DNA of 64,000 bases from Laetmonice hystrix. Lineage: Eukaryota. A model generated the notes under the pieces. The model was not told the DNA's origin. It saw only the letters and a program-made list of their open reading frames with translations, and did no database searches. Location of the stretch: the NCBI GenBank assembly GCA_965235115.1, contig OZ249448.1:17422001-17486000 (forward strand). Reading direction: 5' to 3'. This document shows, piece by piece, positions 51,201 to 59,500 of the stretch (positions are counted from its first letter, which is position 1; each line of letters opens with the position of its first letter). A program made the position numbers and the translations under genes.

Positions 51201-53203
51201 CTTGGTCTTTTCTTTAAAAATTGTGAGGATCTACAAACTTATAACTTGTTGATCAATACTTGTAGACCCAACAGAGTAAGCATAGCAGTGATGTGCCCAC
51301 GCTGGGCGGCACTGGGCGGGCCCACCCGGCACCGAGCGCAGCCGCTCTGCACAAAACTAAAAAGGTTCAAGTGCAGGAATTTTTAATAATATTAGGCCTA
51401 TCATCTGATAAATGTACATGTATACATATTTTAAACTTCTCATACTACCTCTTGTTCATTCATACCAAGGCGCTAACCAAACGGCCCCCACCCACGCCGC
51501 TTGCCAACTGAATAGCTTGGACTTTTGGTGCCAATGGAAAACTACCGCACGGCACCCAAGTTTTTCTGGGCACATCTCTGAGGGCAGTGAAGCTCAGTAG
51601 GGGTTATTCCCCTATGATAACTTCCCCACAAAATTTTTAGGCAGGGGTTCGAGGTAAGGTCAGGGATAGGATCTAGGGATTTATGTGTTTGGGAGGTGTA
51701 GCGGCTAGGGTTAGGGGTAAGGTCAGGGCTATGGATCTTTAATACTTTCGACCATATTTTGTGAGGTTTTAAGAATTTATCAAGGGCGATGTACCTGAGT
51801 AGGATAATCACTAATCAATGTGGTTTGGAACAAGAGAAATCTCAAATTCCGTGACTTTCCCTTGTTTTTCTATTTTCCAAGACTTTTCTAGGACTCAAAC
51901 ACCAAATTTCATTTTCCATGACTTTTCATGACCGTGGGAACCCTGTCTACTGACAAATTCTGGAGTACTGTTGAGGTCCCTGGCTAGTAGCAGGTTTGGG
52001 CTGGCCAAGCCACAGACTTTCATTAATTTCAAGACTTATAGATGTTGGTTTCCCAACTATTTCCCGACCTTCCGACTCCGTGGGAACCCTGTGTACTTTA
52101 GGATTTGACATATAATTTATAACTTTGAGTCTTTGTTTTAATTTCTATGAGCAAAAGTACAAATGATAAAAAACATCTTTTGGTAAGTAATTATAAACAC
52201 AAATCAAGTTTAATCTAACATTACTTAGATTTAAAAAATCTCTAAATCATACAGCCTTCTTTAAGTGTACTGGCTTGAGGAATACTCTACTAGTAGCAGA
52301 CACCTCCACGGTAAAGCCGTGTGTGGCAACTCTGGCATGCATGCAATATGAAGATCAATGAGAATAGCAGGAAGAACACAGACATTGGCATTGATGCCAG
52401 ACATGGCCGACAAATCACAGACAGTAGGAGTTCTGCCGGACTGGGGAGGGGGAATGTAGTATGGCTGCATGGGTGACAGGAAAGGGAAAGAGAGTTGAGA
52501 ATGCTTACCCCGGAGTTCTGGGGACAGAAGACTACGGAGAGAGTTTGGCTCCTCTCCATACCAGAAGATACAGAGCTCCTTATTGCAGCCTAGCTGGTCA
52601 GAAACAGGATTCCGCTGCTCTGAACTCCGCTGGACTTTTCTCCACACGCACAGTACATCAGCCTGGATGCACTTTGTGAACGACTGAAGCACAGGGTCGT
52701 TCAAAGGGTCCAGGAAAAACGCACTATCAGCGCTTAGTCTACGCCATTTAATCCCGTCTAAGTCGGTCTGAAACAATGAAAGAGTATTGGGTGGTGATGA
52801 CAAGCGTGGCAGACACCTCACACCGGTGGCGTGACCTTATCCTCCATTTACATTATGTACAGTTGTCAATATCGGTAAAAATAGTGGTGGACCTTTCACT
52901 TCTCGTTACAGTGCAGGTGACACCCAAAAATTATTTAGATGTAACGCGTGAGCGCCGATAGGAAATAAAGAACACAAGGAAGCTCACTAGTGAAATAACT
53001 TTGTGGAAGTGTTAGAATTATACACTCATGGGAGCATAAGAAATGGGTGATACGCATCTCCACAAATTCGCTTATCACACTCAACAAACAATCGTTACGC
53101 TAATTCACGCTGGTTCAAATGGATCACGACTTACCAGAGCAAATAAGTTGGTATGGCAATCCTCAAGACTACAGCCGTTTCCGTGCGTACTGGGATGGCT
53201 CAT
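9160..53203 (-). CDS. MED13: Mediator of RNA polymerase II transcription subunit 13, complete 28-exon gene, 6225 nt CDS (2074 aa)
   Basis: Exons 5'->3': 53203-53135, 52767-52509, 37663-37576, 36018-35929, 28099-27948, 27496-27323, 19732-19402, 19185-19078, 18866-18123, 17844-17589, 17302-17241, 16976-16835, 16465-16369, 16031-15850, 15675-15494, 15188-14338, 14129-13959, 13705-13608, 13325-13076, 12820-12761, 12639-12469, 11888-11671, 11503-11318, 11167-10795, 10536-10268, 10149-9757, 9591-9476, 9292-9160. All GT-AG with consistent phases. Hallmark peptides: [72 protein letters not shown]. Confidence 0.97.
9476..9591 (-). CDS. MED13: MED13 exon 27
   Basis: AALHIHCP...[13 protein letters not shown]; CAG/GTATGT. 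Confidence 0.95.
9757..10149 (-). CDS. MED13: MED13 exon 26
   Basis: [40 protein letters not shown]; TAG/GTAAGT. Confidence 0.96.
10268..10536 (-). CDS. MED13: MED13 exon 25
   Basis: [10 protein letters not shown]...[10 protein letters not shown]...[21 protein letters not shown]; CAG/GTTAGT. Confidence 0.96.
10795..11167 (-). CDS. MED13: MED13 exon 24
   Basis: [10 protein letters not shown]...[25 protein letters not shown]...[16 protein letters not shown]; TAG/GTAAGT. Confidence 0.96.
11318..11503 (-). CDS. MED13: MED13 exon 23
   Basis: LVPLQSIL...SVYTQCRR...[11 protein letters not shown]; CAG/GTAAGA. Confidence 0.95.
11671..11888 (-). CDS. MED13: MED13 exon 22
   Basis: [13 protein letters not shown]...[10 protein letters not shown]; CAG/GTAAGA. 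Confidence 0.93.
12469..12639 (-). CDS. MED13: MED13 exon 21
   Basis: [13 protein letters not shown]...[12 protein letters not shown]; CAG/GTACGA. Confidence 0.9.
12761..12820 (-). CDS. MED13: MED13 exon 20
   Basis: [19 protein letters not shown]; TAG/GTAAGT. Confidence 0.93.
13076..13325 (-). CDS. MED13: MED13 exon 19
   Basis: [24 protein letters not shown]...LGRHCPI...DGVIRVG; CAG/GTATGT. Confidence 0.95.
13608..13705 (-). CDS. MED13: MED13 exon 18
   Basis: [33 protein letters not shown]; CAG/GTAAGT. Confidence 0.95.
13959..14129 (-). CDS. MED13: MED13 exon 17
   Basis: [17 protein letters not shown]...[14 protein letters not shown]; CAG/GTTTGT. Confidence 0.92.
14338..15188 (-). CDS. 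MED13: MED13 exon 16
   Basis: [42 protein letters not shown]...[11 protein letters not shown]; CAG/GTGGGC. Confidence 0.95.
15494..15675 (-). CDS. MED13: MED13 exon 15
   Basis: DWSYVFKPP...GSSKYSP..LPS...YKPSW; CAG/GTACAC. Confidence 0.92.
15850..16031 (-). CDS. MED13: MED13 exon 14
   Basis: [11 protein letters not shown]; TAG/GTCAGT. Confidence 0.92.
16369..16465 (-). CDS. MED13: MED13 exon 13
   Basis: [11 protein letters not shown]...GGLDML; CAG/GTATGT. Confidence 0.85.
16835..16976 (-). CDS. MED13: MED13 exon 12
   Basis: ...[25 protein letters not shown]; CAG/GTGAGT. Confidence 0.9.
17241..17302 (-). CDS. MED13: MED13 exon 11 (donor choice ambiguous, see findings)
   Basis: [21 protein letters not shown]; only the AG|GTATCA donor keeps frame with exon 12. 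Confidence 0.7.
17589..17844 (-). CDS. MED13: MED13 exon 10
   Basis: LEHPIKRQK...HDPYEFSDE; CAG/GTACAG. Confidence 0.9.
18123..18866 (-). CDS. MED13: MED13 exon 9 (Pro/Ser-rich disordered region)
   Basis: 744-nt open exon ...PSTPFHRR...VLKRPLLP...[10 protein letters not shown]; TAG/GTAGGT. Confidence 0.9.
19078..19185 (-). CDS. MED13: MED13 exon 8
   Basis: HHNTPGG...[17 protein letters not shown]; TAG/GTAAGT. Confidence 0.88.
19402..19732 (-). CDS. MED13: MED13 exon 7
   Basis: [14 protein letters not shown]...PLTPPSSP; TAG/GTACCT. Confidence 0.92.
25389..26222. repeat. Compound minisatellite (about 30 units sharing core atccatggcccc; 30/29-, 27- and 17-bp variants) in MED13 intron 6
   Basis: Units such as acatccatggcccccagaccgggccataga (30), acatccatggcccctagacacagccac (27), agatccatggcccctag (17). 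Confidence 0.95.
27323..27496 (-). CDS. MED13: MED13 exon 6
   Basis: [14 protein letters not shown]...QWRQFY...PPAVEVIV; TAG/GTAAGT. Confidence 0.95.
27948..28099 (-). CDS. MED13: MED13 exon 5
   Basis: [26 protein letters not shown]; CAG/GTAAGT. Confidence 0.95.
28827..28850 (+). repeat. (GGGT)6 microsatellite / G-quadruplex motif
   Basis: gggtgggtgggtgggtgggtgggt. Confidence 0.9.
30798..30955. repeat. Short tandem repeat (39-45 bp, 3 copies) with an abutting inverted copy
   Basis: accagtcttatataaaactaca..cacttggaacataca units start at 30841, 30886, 30925; the reverse complement of these motifs lies at 30798-30831. Confidence 0.8.
35929..36018 (-). CDS. MED13: MED13 exon 4
   Basis: [18 protein letters not shown]; CAG/GTAAGT. 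Confidence 0.95.
36643..36778. mobile_element. MITE-like element, 136 bp, with a perfect 24-bp terminal inverted repeat
   Basis: aattgaatcggtgaattcaataag (36643-36666) / cttattgaattcaccgattcaatt (36755-36778); the outer AATT may be a target duplication. Confidence 0.8.
37576..37663 (-). CDS. MED13: MED13 exon 3
   Basis: [30 protein letters not shown]; CAG/GTGAGT. Confidence 0.95.
43952..44050 (+). mobile_element. Probable truncated end of a CAG-TIR non-autonomous DNA element
   Basis: Starts CAGGGCTCGAAA (similar to the TIR of the 50940 element), with internal cgggcaag/cacttgcc inverted motifs; no matching other end found. Confidence 0.3.
50940..51097. mobile_element. MITE-like element, 158 bp (hAT- or P-like CAG termini)
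   Basis: Perfect 14-bp TIR caggcctcgaatta / taattcgaggcctg, subterminal tgccgtcg repeats, flanks atatatt / gtatatt resemble a 7-bp TSD with one mismatch. Confidence 0.82.
51840..52091. mobile_element. Two same-orientation right ends of a CAGGGTTCCCACGG-type non-autonomous DNA element
   Basis: ccgtgggaaccctg at 51932-51945 and 52078-52091, each preceded by ttcc..gac(c/t)tt subterminal motifs; left ends not found. Confidence 0.5.
52509..52767 (-). CDS. MED13: MED13 exon 2
   Basis: [10 protein letters not shown]...ADVLCVWRK...[11 protein letters not shown]; CAG/GTAAGC. Confidence 0.95.
53135..53203 (-). CDS. MED13: MED13 coding exon 1
   Basis: [23 protein letters not shown], then donor GTAAGT. 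Confidence 0.93.
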
Positions 53204-53481
53204 GGTCACTCCATGACGTATTGCACCCAATCGGTGTTGTAGGAATCCAATGGGTAACTGTTTAGGCCATATATCAGGAAAAATTCAGCGAACGTTCAAT
53301 TTTTCAGATAAAATGGCGACAGTAATGGCGACTCGGTAAGAACAACAAGGCGGTAAGGATCCTTGATGCTGATTCGTCAATTAAGTCACGTGGCTAGATT
53401 GACCTAGAAAAATAAAGATGGCTGTGTTTGACGGGTGTGAGTGAAGCAAGCCACAAAAGTTTGTTGACAGTGCATCACACA
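53204..53481. promoter_or_regulatory. Shared (bidirectional) promoter / 5' UTR region of MED13 and BLTP2
   Basis: 278 bp between divergent ATGs. CCAAT at 53227 and 53247; YY1-like AAAATGGCG (53310), TAATGGCG (53323) and AAGATGGC (53415); E-box GTCACGTG (53385). Confidence 0.75.
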
Positions 53482-53540
53482 ATGCTCGAATTGACACTAT
53501 TAGCAGTAGGCTGCTTATTTGGCCTATGGTTCGTATGCAG
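53482..53540 (+). CDS. BLTP2: BLTP2 first coding exon (N-terminal hydrophobic membrane anchor)
   Basis: MLELTLLAVGCLFGLWFVCR, donor AG|GTTAGT, phase 2. Confidence 0.85.
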
Positions 53541-56500
53541 GTTAGTAGAAATAGTGGCTGTTAAGTCGCAGATTGCCCCATACATCCAATAGGTCTACGC
53601 CCCCCATACCGTCAACACAAGTCACAACACAGACTGCCAGAGCCTGGCACAGGCTTCAGCAGAGAGCAAGTGCAACTGCACTGCAGTACAAGCCAAGGCC
53701 AAGGGCAAGGGCTTACAACTACAACTGTCTTACAAGGGTAGAAGAGCTCTTTGCCTTTGCCCTTTAGGTTGTGACTTGGGTGGTTGAGCCACTAATATTG
53801 TGGTCTGTTCCTGTTAGGTTTTACTTGGCACACACCAAGTCAAGTGTACACTCTTTCTTTCCCGGCCTGTATCTGAGCATTCAACAAGAGTCAAGAGGCC
53901 TCTGGCCTGGCTAAATAAAATGACATTAAAACGAGACAATGTTAAATATTGATTTTATTTAGACAAGAGAAGAGCCTAGAGTCTCTATAGTCAGATTTGC
54001 CATAGATCTACTTAGGATATGGCACAAACTTAATTTTAGGCCAAACCTAGAATGTAACTTATCTAGATCCTTAGTCTTAGACCTAGTATAATCAGTGTTC
54101 ATGTTAGCAATTTTGAAATTGGGGTCCCAGGTACCCCTGGGACCCCAGTACCATCTAATATTATAGCATAATACATTTGAATTTTGCGTCCCCATTCCAT
54201 ATTATGTGTAAATGCACAGGGAAATTGTGTTAAGTTGTTAACGCAAATGCTGTCTTTAAGTACATGTAGTTAACTTAAAGTTTAGGACCCTCAACATTTA
54301 TTTGGTGTTTGTTATGCTTTTAATGTTCTTAAGTTTTACATAAATGCATTAATACATTGTATTTCATATTTTCGATCTAAGTTGATGTGAGATTTTAAGG
54401 GTTTCAGAAAATTGTCAAAACTGGATTTCAATGTAAATTATAAATACTATCAGGGGCGTATATGGCTATGTTTCCACATTGTCTTGAAACAAGTCCAGAA
54501 AATTTATATGTATAATGGAAATGAGGATCAAATAGAATAGCTTTCAGAATGAAAAAAGGCAAGTTGTACATTAGACCAGTAGGGTAGTCGGAGTCCTACA
54601 TCATGTGGCAGCTGGTCACCCCTGGAAGGGGGCCAGGTACCTAGGCCACTAACTACATGTTTCTGGTTGAGGGATTCAAGAACAAATATAGTGACATCAA
54701 CTTCTGTTTCTTTTTTAAATATTTAGATGTCTGGCATGGCTAGTTTGCTGGATTGTCAAGCATACATTGAAGGTTGATCTTCATATTGGAAAAATTGGCT
54801 TCTTTACCTTGGGTCATGTTTGCCTGACATTACGGAATGGATTTTCTGTGGTGAGTAGCTTCATTCATGGGAAATAATTTTCTGCTGAAATCTGTTCAGA
54901 TAGTTGAACTTGAACTTTGTCTGATTTTTGGAGTTTCTGAAAAACGTTTGTAAAACTAATAGAGTCAAAATTGATGCTTAAGCTTTTGGATCTTTCACAT
55001 TTTCAGCTAGTTTGACATAAAAATTCTTAAATTGGCAATGGCAGCCATCCCCATTAAAAGTAAAAGCCACTACATTGAATTGGCATTTTTTTGAGTTTGT
55101 AAAATTAAAACATAAACAAAATATGCCAGAGTTAGAGTAAGAAGAATTCTAATTTGCTTTTAAATCAGAGACTCAGAACGCTTTCTGAGCCTTCAATTCT
55201 TCTTGTTTGAATTCCATGTTAGTCGATTGTAGTAATAATATGCTAATAATGTGCAACTTTTCCAGGAGGTTGAACGGCTGTGGCTTTCTAGCAGCTTCAT
55301 CAACAGTGATATAAGGTAGCTGGATGAATTTATATTTTCCCTTTGTCAACCGTTTACTCAGACTACAACAACCGAGACTGTTTTCCACAGGATGATTGGT
55401 CACAATTTTGCAACAAATCATGGTTCTAATCCAAGTTTTTAGCAACACTTCATGGGGCCCAAGGGATGGAGCAAAAGCTTTAGAATTGTAAAGGGTTAAG
55501 GTGGGGCTTAATCTAAATCTAAATTAAATGTTTGGGTGGGATTTAACTTTATTGTAAATGAATTGAAAAGTTCTAAGAAGCACCTATGCATACTTTAGCG
55601 AATAGAGGTGAAACAGTTTGTAACAGTACTTTTTTGAATTGACACTCTGCAGGAAACCTTTAGCCATATGTGTAAATGATGTCCGAGTCCAGCTGGATTT
55701 ACCAGAAAAGTCATCAAGGTCTGTGGGGTCACAACATCAAGTTGGCCAACATGGGCTTCCAGTAGTATTTAGTTATGTTCAGGTGAGTAAATTATTTGGT
55801 GCTTAGAAACGATTTTACAAATTGGACATTAGACCTTGTGGCTCTGGAGGTGTGATGGCATTTGCACCCCTAAGTGTAGCAGAAACACTGTTCGGTGTGC
55901 ACATTCTCACTGCCTGAGCATTCAAATAATTCCTTTCCAGTGGCAGAGAATCAATCATTATTGGTACTGGTAGATCTATCTTGATGTGGACGTCTTTATG
56001 CTACCCCCCCCCCCCCGCCCAATGAAGTAAGGGTCAGATTTTGACATAAAATACTGGTACTCAAATTGTTGAAGAGGATATAGAAGAATAGCATATATTT
56101 CTCAAATGATCTAAGGGAGTGGTGAAGTGCTCCTGGGAAGAACTGTGACAATTTTATTGTAAATCATTTGTAAGCATTTAAAGTAAAAAAAACATTGATC
56201 AGAGAAGAAAGTGTAGTGCTGACAGACCTCAGGGTTGTGTGCCTGAGGTCGTGGGACCAGTGTGACAAACAACAGGTCTAAGGGCACTCACCCATAGCCA
56301 CTCATTCATAGTCACCAACTATGGTTACCAACCCATCGTCACAGGCTACCTATGCACCAGTGGATGGCCTTCACTTTGTTTGCAGTGGCCACACTTGTAT
56401 ATGACAAGTCTGGGAATTTCTTTATACCAAGGTAAAAAATGCCAAAGAACTTCAATCAAGGACTTTTATATAAATACCCAAGGACACACAGTAAATCTTT

Positions 56501-59500
56501 TAAGGATTTCAATAATATATTTTATGAGTGCACAGTTCTTCCCAAGATAATGCAGATTTAAAAGCCTGCCAAAAAAGATATATTGGTTTCTGTTTAAAGG
56601 TATGGGAATTGAAATGAATGACTGTTACTCATGGTGTCAGTTCTGTTTGTCCAGCCCCTGCCATACATACATAAAAATGTCCCTTTCCTTATTTAACAGT
56701 ATACTTATGGCAGATGATTTTTTTTTAAATCCAACATACCCATACTCGTACCCATCAGAATTTCAAGGAAATGAAAGATGTTAATAAGATAGGCCCTATG
56801 TTAAAGGCAATCTTAAATATATTTAATAATCAAAGCAACACACTTACTGGTAATTTAGTTGGGATATAATTTAAAGGTGACAATGAATTCTGCTTCATCA
56901 AATAACTTAGTAAGTTGCCATGAGAATGTACCACATAAATAAAAACTACCTCTAGGCAAGTGCCAATCAATCTTTTTATTTCCTAAAAGCATGATTTTGC
57001 CGTCATAATGTAGAGGTAGGGATAGACTATTAAATCAGCATTAAATAGGAAAAAAATGTAATAACATAAGCCCTTAAGTTTTCTTGGTGTGTTCAGGTGT
57101 TGCCAGCTATCACCACTGAGTGTCCATACAGGAAAAATAGAAGAATGCAATATATGCCTTTTTATTTGTCCCTAATGTTGCTACTAGAGAATAAAAATTC
57201 TCTGAGGATATTTTCTTTATGAAGCAGTTCAGTAATGTTTTCAAGCTCAAAGTGTTGTTCAGGCATTTATTTTACAGACTAAAACATAAGGATTAAAAAT
57301 ACAAATTGGGATTCTGCTTGCATGACTAAAAGATATAGGGTTTTATGGGCAAACAGTTTTTGCAGAATGAAAAAGATCCTGTTGTATGACTGTCTGTACG
57401 ATATAGTGTGTAGAAGCACATAAACTCAGACCAGTGTTCATTCCATGTATACTATTAGTACCACCAGTCTATGAGAGTGGAGTCTGCCAAGTGCTGACTT
57501 CCAACAAGACAGTCAAAGATTCCTCCTTAACTTCCTGGTACAGCACATCACAAAGTCCACAGAGAAGCCATTAGTCGCGTAGTGTAATTTATGCCCTTTA
57601 GACGAATAACAGCTTTGATTTATCTTTTAGTTCTGTGACTTAATAAAGAAAATCAAACGGTAGGTGAAGCCGATAGATTTTTGAATTTGGAGCACCATCA
57701 ATGAAAATAAAAGAACATGAAAATCAAGCGACAAAAAGCAAGCTACTGTAGTTTGTTTAAACGTGGAAACGTGAGCTGTCTCTGGCCTCCCACGGTCTGG
57801 CCTTTCTTTCTCCATGAATGTTTTATAACCTTAGCATCATGGAGGATAAATTATAAAGATATAAGATTTGTACCTATTCTCTGATTGCAGAGAGCTTTGA
57901 CTTCAGTCTGCTTACAATTACAATTAGGATTTAGTAAACAGGCGTGCATTATGTATTATGTATCTTCATCTGCTTGTCATTCCATTGCGATCCAACATTC
58001 AAATAATTCTTTGACACCATTCACTTCTTTCCAGTGGGAATACATTGTTTGGGGAGGGGGGGTTACAGTATTTTCTCCTCAACATCATAGAAGATGATGG
58101 ATTTGAGTGTACATAAATACATGACATTGCCCACAAAATGTCACTCCAAGGAGACACATACACCCGGCCTCAAGGTTAAACCCAGGATAAAAGACACGCA
58201 GTGATTGATGGTGTTAAGCCTTTGTGCTATTCAAAAGCATTGTCCGATTATAATGGTTGGGTAGCTCTGCCATTAGTTTTGTGAAACACAGATTGGCACT
58301 GGTCCCGGATATGCAGACCTCTGTCCTTGTCTGCTACTATCAACACCACTTGTACTCATTTGAAAAAAAGTTCCATCCTAAATAAAAGTGGTTTCACAAA
58401 TTTGGTTTAGTGGTGGGAGCAGTAACTGTCAGGTTGAGGATGATTTTGCAATGAGTGACAGGCAGAGTGTGTTCCGTGCTTTCAGGGATTCCTCAAACTA
58501 TTCTGAATGTGCTGTGTTAATGTATCTCCGATATAGTGCCCTGTTGTATATGTATGTTGGTGATATTGATTTCCTATTATTCTTGTAAGGTGTGATGGTA
58601 ACTGGTGCTTTGAGCAATTGTGCCAAACTGAGGAACTTTTTCTCCAGCAGGCACTGGCAGCTTGTTGATCAACTGAAATACATTTCTTATATCTTATGTG
58701 CCTCTGTAGTTACTCAAATTGTAAAATTCTGTATTGTGCAAATGAATTTATTGCTACCCTCAGTATCGAGTGAGTGAAGGAAAAAACTGTCATGACACTT
58801 AACACAGGATATGGCCTGCTTCAAGAAATACCAATGCATCGTTTATTTTAAAGGCTTAGAATTCTGGTGTGTGAAACCCTGATATAAGAAGAGATCAAAA
58901 AGCTCTGTTCATACCTGTATGCTTTTTGAACAATTCAAATTGCCTTTATATGGCCTATTGCTGTAGTTTGTCTGGACATCTTGTATTGTTTCAGACAAAA
59001 AGTAAAAAAATATTAAATATATTTTCAGTTCATTGGGCTGGTGTTGGACAATGTTCACATTATCCTGGTTCGGGGTTTACTACCTGGCTGCATGACCCAC
59101 CTGACTGTCCAAGAGGTGGTGGTGGACTGGACCATAGATTATACTAGGTAGGTTCTATCACCAGGGCCATGTCAAGGCTAACCATACTATCTTTACGAAT
59201 GTCATTCAACGTATAGACGTTTATTGGAATCCCAGCAATATTTTTGGTTGTGAAAATACAGCCTCTCGCCCAGTAGTACTTAGAGCTCTCTTGGGCTGAC
59301 TATTAAGGATGGCAATAAGGATTTATTTTGGAAGTGCAAGCAACATGTTGTGAATGTATGCGATAAGTAACATTTTGTCATTTTTTTCCTAGGGATGACA
59401 CCTGCTTGGACCTTTTGCTACAAGTCAAGAACTTCAGCACGCGTGTATTTTGTAGTTCCTCACACGATGGGGCCAGTGTTCCGTGTATTGCTGAAGTAAC

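Noticed and set aside
51640-51740. Degenerate telomere-like text (ctagggttaggggtaagg) with a 61-bp duplication
   Set aside because: Only one exact TTAGGG; not an interstitial telomeric array
56215-56400. Possible tRNA-derived SINE head (gacctcag..ctgaggtcgtggg)
   Set aside because: No recognisable B box or tail; no tRNA cloverleaf can be drawn
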